Source: Trichosphaerium sp. ATCC 40318
Taxonomy: Eukaryota; Protista; Tubulinea
NCBI GenBank assembly: GCA_038496445.1
Contig: JALMLS010000356.1
Coordinates: 85,973 to 149,972 of the forward strand
DNA: 64,000 bases
Direction of reading: 5' to 3'
Shown piece by piece: positions 25,341 through 39,196 of the stretch (within the stretch, counting starts at the first letter, position 1; each line of letters starts with the position of its first letter). The position numbers and the translations under genes are program-made. The notes beneath the pieces were generated by a model, which was not told where the DNA came from, ran no database searches, and was given only the letters and a program-made list of their open reading frames with translations.

Positions 25341-28306
25341 ATGGCTACTAAACCAGATGGAGTACGTTTATTTTCATCGTTTTGTACTGACAATAACTAG
25401 AAAGACTGAAGAAGAGCGCCTGTCATTTGCTACATATGTTTGCGCACGTCTGGGTATATCTAAGTGTTCTCCAGTAGAAGGTCCGCGTTTCTTTTTCGAA
25501 AGTTAGTAGTTTGACACTTCGTCGCTCGTCTGATGGCAACTTTAAGCCGTTACAAAAGCGGTCCGCTATTAATCAGTCAAAATGATGCTATAACGTTATA
25601 AAATTCTCTAAACAGCTTTGATAGGTTCCAAAGGCTCAGCGGACTCACAGTGCTTAATATCTAGCTTGCACGAACGAATGACGGCAACAAGCAACAACTT
25701 TGTTATACACAATTTAGATCGCACTGAGCAGCATTTAAAATCACTTTGGGAAGATATTCGCTCCAAAGCAGACAACGAAAAACAACAAAACACGAGTACT
25801 TGTTCTTTGAAGGACTTTGTTAGTGATATGTTTGATCTTTTAACTCAACTGTTTGACGAGTATTTCAATCAAAGTACGTCTACTTAGGATCACGTGTTTC
25901 GTGTTCAAATGATGACTTACTTTTTTTTTAGGTTGGGAAAATATTGAAGGACTTGTGGATGCAAACAAAGCGGTGAGGGAATTGTAAGTATTTTTTAATA
26001 CAAAGACAACAAGATGCTGACACCAAATTTAGAGCTAATCTCAATACTAAAGAGGCTGAGCACAAGCAAAAGTCTATAGATAAAAAGTAAGCAAAATGCA
26101 GTCCTGCTGGTAGTGGCATTAAAATCACGTGATTTTATAAAAAAAGTCTCGTGTAATTTTTTTTCTAACATTCAAAAAAGGCAAGTACCAACTGCAGAGA
26201 TAAATGAAATGATACAGAATGCCCAAGACAAAGACGATGATGATGATTCAAAGGTCAAACATATAGTCACAAGTGAAGACTTTAAAATCGTTGATAAAGG
26301 CAGAACATTGTTGTTAATTCATGCTTCTTACTGCGAAGCTTGTAAACGATTAATACCAAATTTTAAAGCAGCAGCGAAGGTATATAAACAATTGTTAACC
26401 TATGAGTTATCGTATTCTTATAACTATACAGTTAATCGCAGATATGCCAGAGATTAAAGTCAGATTCGCCATGCTAGAAGGTTTGTTTTTGTACAACTTG
26501 AAAAACGCTGTTTTTTCTGTTTTTTCTGTTTGTAAGTTTTCTGTTATAGGTAGTCTGCCAATGACTCGAAATTGGGCTCTACCAGCACTACATTATGAAG
26601 AGTATCCTACATTATGGATGTACAAGTACGTAATTATAAGTGATGTCAAAGACATGACTAAAACAAAAAAACCAGGGATGGTAAATTGGAAGATAAGTTT
26701 TCAGGAACTGATCGTTCTATTGAAGCCATCGTTAATTTTGCAAAGCGGTATGTATCAAATTAAAAGACCTGTTTAATTACTATATAACTAACTATTACAT
26801 AAGGAAATCACGTGATAGAGAAAAAGCTAAACGACATTGGGAGATTTTACGGCAAAAACTTGTCGTTGATAAATATGCAAAAAGATCTGATGATGTTTTA
26901 AAGACACAGAAGCAACTCACTAAAGTCTTCGAGATTAGCAAGGTATGTCTCCAAAACCAATTAACCTTGTTTGTTTTAATACCTTGAGTGTTAATTTAAT
27001 CCACTTTCTGTAGGCTTTAGGTTGTACTAAACAAAACAAGTGTGTAGTCTCTCCAAAAAGAGATTTGACTGTACAGAAACCAAGATTGTATTTAATGGGT
27101 GGTGGCATGGCTTCAGGTAAAAGCTCTGTTGTCCGTAAACTACATAAAACGGACGAATTCTGGATGAAGTATGGTAAAGATATCGTAATAGTAGAGGCAG
27201 ATAGATTTAAAATGAAAGATCCTGTGTTTAAGGTATGTATGCACTATTTCAGAACATTGGACACTTGTTAGATGTGAGATCTAAAACAAATTAGGAGCTT
27301 GAAACAATAAAAGATCCTCTAGCTAGCTATCACGTTCATGAATACTCAACACAAGCAGCAGTAAGTACATGGAGTGCACTCAATATTTATTTTTTTGTAT
27401 TCTGACTTATCTGTTTCATAGTCAGAGCTGTTCTTGGTTTCTTTACACCATAATAGAGATATTGTACTTGATGGAACTATGATGTGGGAACCATTTGTGA
27501 AACAAACAATAGAAATGGTTCGTGATAATAAGAACAACTATTGTAGAGGTCCTGGATATAAAAAAGGAGGTAACCATCTTACGTCAAAAAGTCAATGAGT
27601 TACGAAATGAAATATTAACTTAACTGACAGAGGAAGAAGTGTATTGGAAAGTGGAGCGACCTGCAGAGAATCCATGCCTAGAGTATGAAATTATTATTAT
27701 CGGTGTTACAGCACCTGCAGAGACTGCTGTAGCAAGGTATGAAGTGCTTTGAAGAAAGCGTTTTCATTAACAAAAACAACTTAGAGGTATTGTGAGGAAA
27801 ATTGTTACAACAAGAGGAGTTCCTGTTTATTCGCAGTTGGAGAGTCACAGACAGTTTTCAGTGAATTTTGAAGGTTATGTAAAATCGGTTGACCAAGGTA
27901 TGCTTGTTGACACATGTCACAAATCAAGGATAACTGCGCTTTTTTTTTCTCCAATTTTGAGTATAAGAACATTGTTTTCTTTGTTTAGACAGTCATATCT
28001 TATTGATTCATTCTAGCAATGTTATTTTATAATGGAGAGAAAGATCCAATACTCATTGCCCATAAAGAAGGAAAAGGTAAAGAACTTGAAGTGCTAGATA
28101 AGAAGAGATACAAACACTTCATCAGGTAAAAAAATAGATTGTTTTTGTTGTTTGTTTCTAACACGTGTTTTCTTACCTACAGTAAAAAAGATATAAATTC
28201 AAAAGCAAAGAGTGCTGCTGAGTTGTTTCCTCAAAAAGACCTTGAATCAAATATTAAAGCGTGTTGTCCAAATCTATTAAAAAAAGTAAAAGCATACTTT
28301 AAATAA
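25341..28306 (+). CDS. Zeta-toxin-like P-loop kinase of the plant CaM-dependent NAD kinase (NADKc) type, with an internal thioredoxin-like domain; copy A
   Basis: LMGGGMASGKS, VEADRFK, VHEYST, RDIVLDGT..WEPFV.QTI.M, RGPGY and SQLESH; the insert contains HASYCEACKRLIPNF and YPT. Confidence 0.85.
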
Positions 28307-29193
28307 ACAATGATAGTGAAGAACCTTGTGCTTCACTATCAGCTAAGTAGATTTTGAGAATCTGTTTGCAATTCATAAAATATGTTTTACATAATTATGT
28401 CTGTATGTTTGTGCTTGTTAAAATAACTGTTGTGCCAGCTAATATGCTATTGTTTGGGAGGAAAGCCAATGTCTTAGTGGCTATCAATAGCACACTGATA
28501 TTGTGTATATTTGTACATAAAACGCACATACAACACTACAGTGCACTTGTGCGAATTACATTTAGTCAGTGCCTATTTTTTCCAGGATATTAAGTTCCAA
28601 ACATGAGTGAGAGATTCCATATTAAAATATAAGGAATACATGGTATTATGCACGCTTTTGAGATACTCAGATATGCTGTTACTTGTTGGCGTACACGCAT
28701 TTCTCAATATTTTTACCTCTGATATTGTGAAACACTTTTGTGAAACTAGAGCATGCTTCCATCTCTCAGTACTTACACACCATCTACTAGACATCTGTTC
28801 CTTGTAGTATGTCTCATAAGAAACATGCGAGTCATGTTTGGAGTTTACAGAGTGCTGATTTGGTGGGTTTTTTACAATGTTTCTGATTTTGCTTTCCATG
28901 AAATTTTTTTTTTTTGGACAGAGAATGAAGTTTTCACGCGTTGGGTTTATGGTGTTGTTGATATTAACCATAGTTTAATCGTGTTAATATGTCTGTTGAG
29001 TTCAGAGTTGAGCTTCGGTCTCACAAATTCAAACACCGAAATGGTTGACATATTCACCCGTTAAACATAATTACATCCCTGTGATGACTATGTTATTTCA
29101 TAAAATACATGCTATAAGATATGTACAAGCTAAAGTAGGCCTCCTCAAGTCCTTTTTATTAGATGTATCTGTATGATTCTACATGATTTGGTT

Positions 29194-30572
29194 TTAACGT
29201 CTCAACAGTAGTTTACGGGCTTCAGAGTCAATAACTTCACCACCACAAGAGACAGTAAATGTTGTTGGTTGGGCAATATCACATGGGTCCCTTATTACAA
29301 ACCATTAATATGTTGATGCTAAAAACAAAAAGTAGTACAGAGGTGCTTTTCCTGAGAAACTGATTCCAGATTGAATAGGTACAGGTCCTGAGGATTCTAT
29401 TTGAGCACTTAAATCGGAAGTACTTGGACCTAGGGGCTTTATAAGTTCATCAGTAATGGTATCGCTGAGTCATACCTGTAGCAATAAAATCAAAACTGCA
29501 TTGTCCAGTAGCAAGATCTGAAACTACAAAACCGTTCCTGGAGTCTGTTGTTTCTATTATTCCTGCTCCTACCGCACAAGTTTTTGACTCTGGTATTATT
29601 GTTCCTATTTCGGATGGGATGATAAATGCTATATCTGAGAATCCAGAAAATGGCACACAATCCAGCTTTGCTGTAACAATGTCACCTGTAAAACAAATGT
29701 GTCAACAATAGTATGAATAAATTTTCGTTCTATTTTCATGGCTATAAAGCACTGCTATACTATAGGACATGGAAGATATTTTGAGTTGTAAAGCAAGTCT
29801 GCTTCCAAACAAAAAGTTGTTCACGTGGAAAGCTATTTGTTCAGACTCTGTTTTGATGTGAATGTTTGTTTCATACCTCTTTTTGCTGAAGTAACAGGCA
29901 CACCATCAACTAAAAACTGGTGCTCGCATACTGTAGCTGGTGTAAAACATAATTCATCAATAGTATATGTCACAGATGTCATTACACTATCCAGAGATTC
30001 AAAGGAAAGTGTGAATGTGCTTAATTCGTTAACTTGTGTTCCTATAGTTATACATTGTTCCCTTCTTTCGTCTCCTGTACTAAACTGTATGAACATATTG
30101 TCTGTTATACTAGTTCTTGCCACCAAGCCAGAGCGTATTGAAGATGCTACACCAACAGTAAAGCAATCTACAGAGTGTAAATACAAGAAAAAGAGCTCGT
30201 GTTTTTGTTTCAAGAAATTAACTTACGCCCACTCAGAGCCGAAACATCAACGGATGTTACCGATGTATACTCTATCTCACACCGACCTACAACGTCTGTA
30301 CCAAACTGAATTGTTAGAAACCCGCCCATTATCGAACAAATGACAGGGTTTGAAGCCATTGACGGGTTTTCGTCAACATGTGCTGTAATTCGTCTCATCC
30401 CTCCGAAAACGCCCGGAATATTAGTCTGGAGCATTGTAGAAGGCGTCCCAATAGTCGTTGCGGTTACTGTTACTGCAGCCGTTAGATCATCCACAACACG
30501 CGTTGTTATTAACGGTTGGCTCATTGACATTGCTATGAACGCCAATAAATACAGCACGGAACCTTTCCACAT
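29194..30572 (-). CDS. Secreted Thr/Ser/Cys-rich beta-strand protein of unknown function
   Basis: Signal peptide MWKGSVLYLLAFIAMSMS; ORFs 30210-30575, 29833-30213 and 29450-29656 are joined by introns. Confidence 0.7.
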
Positions 30573-30973
30573 CACGTGTTATCAAAAGCTAGCTGTGATT
30601 CTCGGAGGTATTGTTTTATTTGCTGAGGTTAAGTTGTGGGGAATCTGACGCTTATAGCTCCGGAGCCCTATGAACCACTAATCATGTCTAATAGTAGATT
30701 AACCAGAAAAGTAGAAAAACTAGCAAACGTGCTCTTGGCTTAGCAGCTTCACGAAACCTAAAAAGTTCTGCAGTACGTATCTAATAATTGCTGTTAAATC
30801 TATGAGCTTCCAGCAATTTGCATTTTAAGCTCAAGAAATGTTGTTGGGTTATTTTAAAATTCAGTTCTCAATCACGTGATCAGTTAAGTTGAGGTTGGTT
30901 ACAAATCTTACTTTTAATTGTATTACGCCTTCATTGACACCTTACAAGAGCAAGGTTGATCGTTACAATCATA

Positions 30974-32576
30974 ATGGGTAATAAACAGCCAAAGGCGTGT
31001 AATACAACTGATTATACATCTACATTACTGAGCATGCCTAACGAAGTGTTGGTGTGTATTTTAGTTCAATGTATGCCAAGTCAGCTAACAACAACCCGTA
31101 TCATCAACAAACGCTTCCACGAGCTCACACAGGTGGCTGCAAGGCAAAACGCACGCCTCAGACTCAATGATAAATATGTTTACAACGCTGGGTAGGGATT
31201 TTCGCAGACTATTGACAGTACATTCTCCCAGCTTTATAGCTATAAATTAGTACGCACGTGCTTTTTTTGTAAAAGGAATCGACCGAGAGTTACAATAATG
31301 GTACTATGCCATAATCTCAATTTTCAGCTCCACGCTGAAAAATCACAACTCATTGATTTGAATAAGTTTTATTGGATTGTAGCTACTGCTGACCATTGAT
31401 TGCGTTAACAACATTTAACTCTCGGTCGATTTCTATGACATACCCACAATCCTAGTGGCATAAACAAAATTACCTAATGTCATGTTAGAAGCTACGACCG
31501 TATACTGCCAAGATGGCATCAATAAAAGTTTGTTTTTTAGGAAGTGAGGGTAAGCAGTTTTTTAATATGTAGCACTTAATCTTTATCACAGGGACCGGAA
31601 GCAAGTCAGCTTTCATAATACAATTTTGCCGTGATCAATTCGTATGCGGGATTGTATGATTCTTAACATTAACTTCTTTTAGAGGAAGGACTATTATCCA
31701 CCAATGGAAAATGTACGTTGTATTGTTTGTGAGCTTATTTAAATCTCATACTTTCTTTAGACGTACCGGTGCGTGTAGTACTTCTTTTGAGTTTCCACTG
31801 ACAAACATATTAAGAAAAACATGGAAAGTGGATGGGCTTACTGTTAATTACACTATTCTGGATACAAAAACATACGCATGTGGAGACAAGGTAAAAACTA
31901 GCTTCAAGTTTAAGAATTGTAATTGTTAATATTACATTATGAGTAGCGTGATTTTTATCTTCCTTGTTCTCGAAGCTACTATGATTGTTTTGTTATTGGA
32001 TACTCTATTACTTCACAAAAATCATTTCAGGATTGTATTAGTAACTACATTCCTTATATTCTTCCTTCTAAACATGGGAACAGTTTTCGCAAAGTACGTC
32101 ACAATGCCAGGGCATTATGTGTAATTTTATTTTATTTAGCTGCCAGTAGTGTTGATTGGAAACAAAAAAGATCTTAGCAGCCAACGTGAGGTAACGTATG
32201 CTGAAGGAAAAGGTACAAGTTGTATTCTCAAAAGTATATCTTTTTCTTCCCTTTATTTGTTATTCATTCCTTCCTTGACCTTTCTTTTACATTGTAAATT
32301 ACTTGATTTAAATCATTACTGCCACTGTACACACTCTTTTCCTTCCCATATGGGAGGAAACAGTCGCTAATGTGACGTGCTGGTGTGGCTTTTTTCTCTT
32401 TTTTTTCTGATTTTTTAACAGCTTTGGCCGACGAGTATGGTATTCCCTTTTTCGAAACATCAGCAAAAACAAGAGAAAATGTTGAAGAGGCTATGATATT
32501 ATTAACAAGAGAGTATTGGAAAAAGATATGCAAAAAGAAAAGGAAAAGGAAGAAAAAATGGAGAAGCAAAAAATAA
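30974..32576 (+). CDS. F-box plus Ras/Rab-like GTPase fusion (divergent G1/G3)
   Basis: MGNK...LLSMPNEVLVCIL...INKRF (F-box); KVCFLGSEGTGSKS, ILDT, LIGNKKDL and FFETSAK; polybasic C-terminus. Confidence 0.8.
31277..31431. repeat. 16-bp perfect inverted repeat bounding about 155 bp within an intron (possible MITE remnant)
   Basis: AATCGACCGAGAGTTA at 31277-31292 and TAACTCTCGGTCGATT at 31416-31431; no clear target-site duplication. Confidence 0.6.
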
Positions 32577-33530
32577 AAACAACCAAAAAAGTTTGTTCAA
32601 AGTGCGTTCAATAAATATCAGACCAAAGCTTTATATTTCTTTCTCTATTACAATTTAAGGAATTTTCATTACCCATAGACCCCATGAAAATACTATACGG
32701 CTGTCAAACTTGTGCTTACCGTGTAGATTCAAGTTATTATGTCATATTCGCCTAAAGCTATCAAAAGCATCGATACCATTGCCTACTACAAAAAAGTGAC
32801 ATATCCAAGAGTTAGGATGAAACGTTATTGAAGTGAGCCAACTTTTCAAATTCTTGAATTATGGACTATAGTTTTTACTCCACTAATTCACGTGTATTTG
32901 CAATTCGACAAACTGATTTTTGACTTTTCAAAGAGTAAAGAGCTGTTATGTTACGTAGCCAAAAAGTATGATTTGGGTAAAAAGTAGTTGAAAGTATCAA
33001 ATATTGTTCACAAATAGCAACCTCCGAATGGTTCTAAATGGAAGCAACTCCCTTGGTACATAAACACGTGTGTTTTTCTTCAAAAAAGGAAAGTAGCGTG
33101 AAACGTGAAGCGTGAAAAGGCACGATAGTTGTAGAATTCTATACCAGTATCCAACAGCAAAGTAGCTCTTCATGAGAGTCCAAGTAGCACTTATTACCAT
33201 AGTGAATCGCATTGGTTGTTGTTTATTTGCTAGTTTGCGTAGCTATCTTCAAGGTACATGCGTAGATTACAGAGTAATATCCAACTAACAGTTCCTAATG
33301 CCATAGTTCACAGGATTTACGTTGGACATCAACTGTGTTAGATGACTTTCAAAACAGCCGGATTTACAGCTACGTAATAAGGTCTGAGAGTTGATTAAAA
33401 AGAAGAACTTGTTATGTAGAAAATACCTTTTGCGCACTACTAGCGACTCCTTACCTGACCTAGGTACAGCGCTGTGTAAGCGAGACAGATAGCTAAAAAA
33501 GTACTTGTACTTCTTTTCCACTCAGAAAAG

Positions 33531-33770
33531 CTCGGAAGTATTTTCAAAATTCAAAGCGTTATCTAAAGCTACTGCAACACATTATAATTACAAGTTTAGA
33601 AGTATTTTCAAGTCCCATGTCCTGTCAAAACGAGCTGCCACTGTTACACACTACCCTCAAACTTGAACAACATGTCTAGTAGTTGTGTGGTACAAAAGTG
33701 GAAACCTTGAGTAACAAAGCGTTATGGTTAATGGTAAACGAAATGGCGAAAGAGTGGTATAAAACTGGAC
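33531..33770 (+). pseudogene. Degenerate copy of the F-box/MORN-variant family
   Basis: Translates to FKSHVLSKRAATVTHY (compare FSKFHVLSKRAATNTHY at 3937) and WYKSGNLE*QSVMVNGKRNGE, with a stop and a frameshift. Confidence 0.75.
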
Positions 33771-34461
33771 CTCGTAAGATAAAACAGATTCTTAGTTGGT
33801 CAACTCCAACTTTTAACCATCTGTATCTCCTCTGTAATTTGTTAATACCTATTGCTTTGGACCTGTCCCATCATATCTCGAAAACCCTTTAGTGAACAAG
33901 TGTCTTTTATTTTTAAACTTAAGGGGTTACTTGGAGAGTAAACCATCATTTATGAGTAACAACAGTCGAATTAAAAATGCAATGTGCTCTATATTTAGCT
34001 CGATCCTATATCAGTGTACCACAATTGTACTTCAGACAAAATATATTATACCAGTACAGAATCTTCCTTGACACTCTACAAGAAAAACCTTAGTAAAGAA
34101 AAGAAATGCAAGCTGGCTTTCAGAGCATACATGGGATTCACTTGAGTTTCTTGTTACACTTCTTCATCACTGTTGACGCCTTATACAACAATTTTATATG
34201 GTCTGAATTTGTAGTTACGTGTGATGATAGAGGAAACATATGATAGTGTCGACAGAGACTGATGAAATAGTTGGTAATGTACACAACAAAAATTGAATAA
34301 AACGAGTCAGTATGAAGCAGAAACTAACAGTTGTATTTTCCTTCATGTCACGGGACTTATTGTAGTACAAGAAATACAAGGATAGTGAAAGCAAAAAGCA
34401 CCAAATCCAGCGGAGGTAAAATGACTCCTTGGAGGAGGTTGCTAAGTCACTTTTTATATAT

Positions 34462-37326
34462 TCAGGTATTAATGGTGCTTTGTTTGTTAAAGTATGCTTG
34501 CACTTTTTTTAGTAGGTTTGGACTTCTTCTGTCATTTTCAGGACTTTTAGAGTAATACAGATCTGAAGCATTCTTTGCTTTTGAATTTATCTTCTTTTTT
34601 CTGTGAAGGCGTGTTAGCCCAAAACCGTTTCAACTTAAAAAGTTGTACCTGAGGAAGTTTTTGTATCTCTTCTCATCTACTACTTCAAGTTCTTGACCTT
34701 TTCCTTCTTTACAAGCAATGAGTATTGGATCTTTCTCTCCATTATCAAATAACATAGCTATAACGAATCAATAAGATACGATGTACTGTCTAAACAATGT
34801 TCTTGTACGCAAAATAGAAGAAAAAAAAGAACAAGGTTATCTGAGGATATATTTCATTCAAGTCATTGTTGACAATGTGTGTCAACATGCACGTACCTTG
34901 GTCAACCAATTTTACATAACCTTCAAAATTTACTGAAAACTGTCTGTGGCTCTCCAACTGCGAACAAACAGGAACTCCTCTTGTTGTAACTATTTTCCTC
35001 ACAATACCTCTAATATGTTTTTGTTAATGAAAACGCTTTCTTCAAAGCACTTCATACCTTGCTACAGCAGTCTCTGGAGGTGCTGTAACGCCGATTACAA
35101 TGATTTCATATTCTGGACGTGGATTCTCTGCAGGTCGCTCCACTTTCCAATACACTTCTTTCTCTGTCAGTTAAGTTAATACTTACTTTCCTATCTCAAC
35201 TAGTATTTACCTCCTTTTTTATATCCAGGACCTCTACAATAGTTGTTTTTATTATCACGAACCATTTCTATTGTTTGTTTCACAAATGGTTGCCACATCA
35301 TAGTTCCATCAAGTACAATATCTCTATTATGGTGTAAAGAAACCAAGAACAGCTCTGACTATGAAACAAATTAGCACCATATGGTTATCTAAACTTACAG
35401 CTGCTTGTGTTGACTCTTCATGAACGCGATAGCTAGCAAGAGGATCTTTGATAAGCGTAAGCTCCTAATTTGTTTTAGACCTCACACATCTAACATGCGT
35501 CTAATATTCTAAAATAAGCTTTAAGTAGCATACATACCTTAAACACAGGATCTTTCATTTTAAATCTATCTGCCTCTACTATTACGATATCTTTACCATA
35601 CTTCATCCAGAATTTGTCCGTTTTATGTAGTTTATGGACAACAGAGCTTTTACCTGAAGCCATGCCACCACCCATTAAATACAATCTTGGTTTCTGTACA
35701 GTCAAATCTCTTTTTGGAGCACCTGAACCATCGCAATTTAACGCCTACACGAAATTGATTTTTAGAATGCTTAGGTGCTTTTTCTTGTACCTTGCTCATC
35801 TCAAACACTTTTTGGAATTTTTTCTTTGTCTTAAAAAACAGTTCAGACTTCTTGACATGACTTTCAACGACAAGTTTTTGCCTTAGCAGTTCCCAATGTC
35901 TCTTTGCTTTTCCACCATTACTTGATATCCTAATGTTAAAGCTTAATTAAACAATACGTCTAGATGGTTTTGTGATCATACTGTTTGGCAAAATTAACTA
36001 TGGCTTCAACAGAACGGTCAGTTCCAGAAAACTCACTTTCTTTTTTTCCATTCCTAGTTTGTTATATCAAAGAGTAGCATGTTGGTAATAATACGTACTT
36101 GTATAAACATATTTTAGGATGCTCTTCATGATCTAGTTCTAGGAAGAGAAAATTAACAAAGAGATGTAAGCCGGATTGTCAGCATACCTTCAATCATTGC
36201 AAATCTGATTTTAACTCCAGGGTCTTCTGCAATTAGCTATGTCGGTGTAAGTATATATGAGGACATGTTAAAATAACACACTACCTTTGCCGCTGCTTTA
36301 AAATTTGGAATAAGTCGCTTAGGTAATTTACAATGACAAGGTTTGATTAGCAATACTGTAGTGCCAGTTTGAACTATATTATTGAAGTCTTCTTTTTTCT
36401 TAACATCAAAAACTTTTGAATAATCTGAGTCATCTTTGTATTGTGAGTCTATAAGTTCGTTCATCTCACCACGTCGTATTTTACTGTAACGATGGTTAAC
36501 AAAGTTAAGAAAGAACTGAGAAAATTATTATCAATCACGTGATTAGGCAGTACCAAGAAAGTATAAAAATGCTAAAGCTTCTATTGCTTACCTTTCTTTA
36601 AAATCACTACGAACACGTGTAGCTTGTGGGGTATTAATTTCAGCTCTAAACAAATGTCGGTTTGGTAGTAAAAGAACAATCGTACATTTTCTTTACACCT
36701 TTGTTTGCATCCACAAGTCCTTCAATGTTTTCCCAACCTTAAAAAAAAGTAAGTCATCCTTTGAATACGAAACACGTGATCCTAAGTAGACGTACTTTGA
36801 TTGAAATACTCGTCAAACAGTTGAGTTAAAAGATCAAACATATCACTAACAAAGTCCTTCAAAGAACAAGAAGTCGTGTTTTGTTGTTTTTCGTTGTTGT
36901 CTGCTTTGGAGCGAATATCTTCCCAAAGTGTTTTTAAATACTCCTCAGTGCGAACCACGTTGTTTATAACAAAGAAATTACTTGTAACCGTCATTAGTTC
37001 GTGCAAGGTAGATTCTTTTTTTGATGACTCTCCTTGACCTGTAGCGCCTATCACGACATTAGAGAAAATCAATCTTTTGCGTGATTGAAAGAGGAACCAC
37101 TTGAAAAATGCCTCTAAGTTACCATAGGGACAATTATTTGACTGAGAATGCCAGAACTACATTATCTCAAAAAAAAGGCGTACTTTCTATTGGGGAACAC
37201 TCAGATATGCCCAGACGCGCACAAACATATTTAGCAAACGACAGGCGCACTTTAGAGTCTCTTAACTAGCAATTCGTCAGTATAAAACAGTGAAATCAAC
37301 AGTACTGTATTTCGTATATTAGCCAT
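34462..37326 (-). CDS. NADKc-like P-loop kinase with thioredoxin-like insert; copy B (inverted paralogue)
   Basis: Kinase exons are near-identical to 25341-28306 (for example ORF 35490-35705 versus 27065-27271). The thioredoxin motif reads PCHCKLP. Confidence 0.85.
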
Positions 37327-37619
37327 GTAGCAAACAAGATGTTGTAGATGATGAATTGTGTAGTCAAGCATATTCGAGAAAAACCTGTTCATTGAGCAGT
37401 AAGCAAGCCTTGTTCGTTGACTAACTACTGTTCACTGATTAATCAACGGCATAAACTAACGCTTAAGGGCACCTGTAAGGAAGTGTTCTTGTAATGAAGA
37501 GTCTTGAGCGTCGTTTTGCATAGCTCATTACTTGCTTAATGTGCAATCAACATTTTTATGAAACTACTAACAATTCCTTTCATTAGTTATTGATAAAAGT
37601 TTAACTACATCTTCTAGCT

Positions 37620-38629
37620 CTAGCTTATCACTTGCACTTGTTCTACGAAAATGTTTAAAGATTCGAAACAATCTAGTAGAAAGTATCTTATTCCTTGAAG
37701 GAGCTTTATCTGGTTGCCTATTTTACTTTTCAATATATCTATAGATAAAACCTTAGGTGCCTTACCAACACAAAATAATTGGTTTGTAAGTGACCACACC
37801 TTCCTTTAGTTCCTGTATTTTTTTACCTTTTATTACTGCAACACAGCAATAGTTTTGAAACTAAACAAATACTGAAAAAGGGTAGATTACTAAAAAAACA
37901 AGTGTACTTTTTGTAGTAGTGTATTTGTCAATAGCTCATACTTGTCTGTATCTTCATGAGCACTTTGTCCAGCATTCATATAGGTGTATATTTCAGAGGA
38001 TGTTAGATATAATATAGCCCATTTGAGATCACCAAGCAATACTTGATGAAACAAACTCAAAACATTCTTTTTCTCAATCAAAACACCCTCTTCCGGGACA
38101 TCCTAAATATACTCCTCAAAAAAATGGAGTTTTTAGTGACGTACCCAAAAGCTGTAACTGAAGCACAAGTGTGATAACTTTAAATCAACCAAACGTCTCC
38201 ACGTGCTTAGTGATTCAGGGCACGCGCCAAGCTTTAATTTTGTTAAATTCTTCAAACTTGATAATACATCCCACAGCAGACTCATAAACTCATCTTCATC
38301 GAAGTAAAGGGCTAAGATTATGTGGTTTTATTAATATTAACGAAAAAGATATGTCACGCACGTGTAAATCGAAGAGACTCAAGGTTTTTAAAACATTTAA
38401 TAGTGCTAGCTATATATGTTGTAAAAGAGGGTGCAGAAACTGTTAATGACTTTATTTCTAGGTTGCTTATATCATGCCATTGCCAACAGACTCTCCTTTA
38501 CAGGTGTATCAGTTATTTTGAAATGTTATTTCATGAGGTGCACCTAAACGACCAAATAGATTTGGGGTTGCTTCGCCATTTAATTATATTGAACAGAATC
38601 TCTGGCGGTAGAGATGCGCTTGTCATCAT
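37620..38629 (-). CDS. F-box plus LRR-like protein
   Basis: LPPEILFNII...RVCWQW, then FKNLESLRF and LKNLTKLKL. Both ends are approximate, and an upstream exon near 38780-38870 is possible. Confidence 0.65.
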
Positions 38630-39196
38630 TACCTATCACACCAATGACTTAAACGATAATTAAAAGAATAGACAAAGTTACATTACGAGGTACTCGGCAT
38701 AATCACGTGAGCAAATTCGCTCAATATAGATCACACAGTGAGTTTATTCTCGTTGAAAGCATGGCTGTCAGATACCTGTTTCTAAACCACGCCAGAACGT
38801 GTTATCATACTCGTTTTCAGGTTTAGGTGGAAGCTTATACAATATCTTTCTCTGGATTTTGAGATTTCTTGTTGCGGTAGCCAAGAAAGGCGAGAAAGTG
38901 GAAAAAAGACAAACGAGACTTAATCGCCTTTCTATTTTTACTTTTTCACGAAACAAGGCAGGAAGTTGTACGTAAGAGCCACTCAATTGTTAAATGGACC
39001 AACATCAAATATACTGGTTGACTTGTGCGTGTTTACGTAATTAATTTAATCTAACGCCGTTGTAGTTACGGAAGTACAATGGCCAAGCGCCAAGGGTGTG
39101 TTTCAGAACATATTACCATTTTCGTTAGGCTAACTAAACAAAGGATCAAGCCAACCTGTCTTACAAGTCACTGTACTATCAAATAACACCTCTATA

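Noticed and set aside
28354-29064. Cluster of 60-130 aa ORFs on both strands
   Set aside because: No motifs or coherent exon chain; probably intergenic.
25341-37326. Bacterial zeta toxin or YwqK toxin-antitoxin system
   Set aside because: The kinases contain introns and match the plant NADKc subfamily. YwqK-like only describes the repeat type, and there is no operon.
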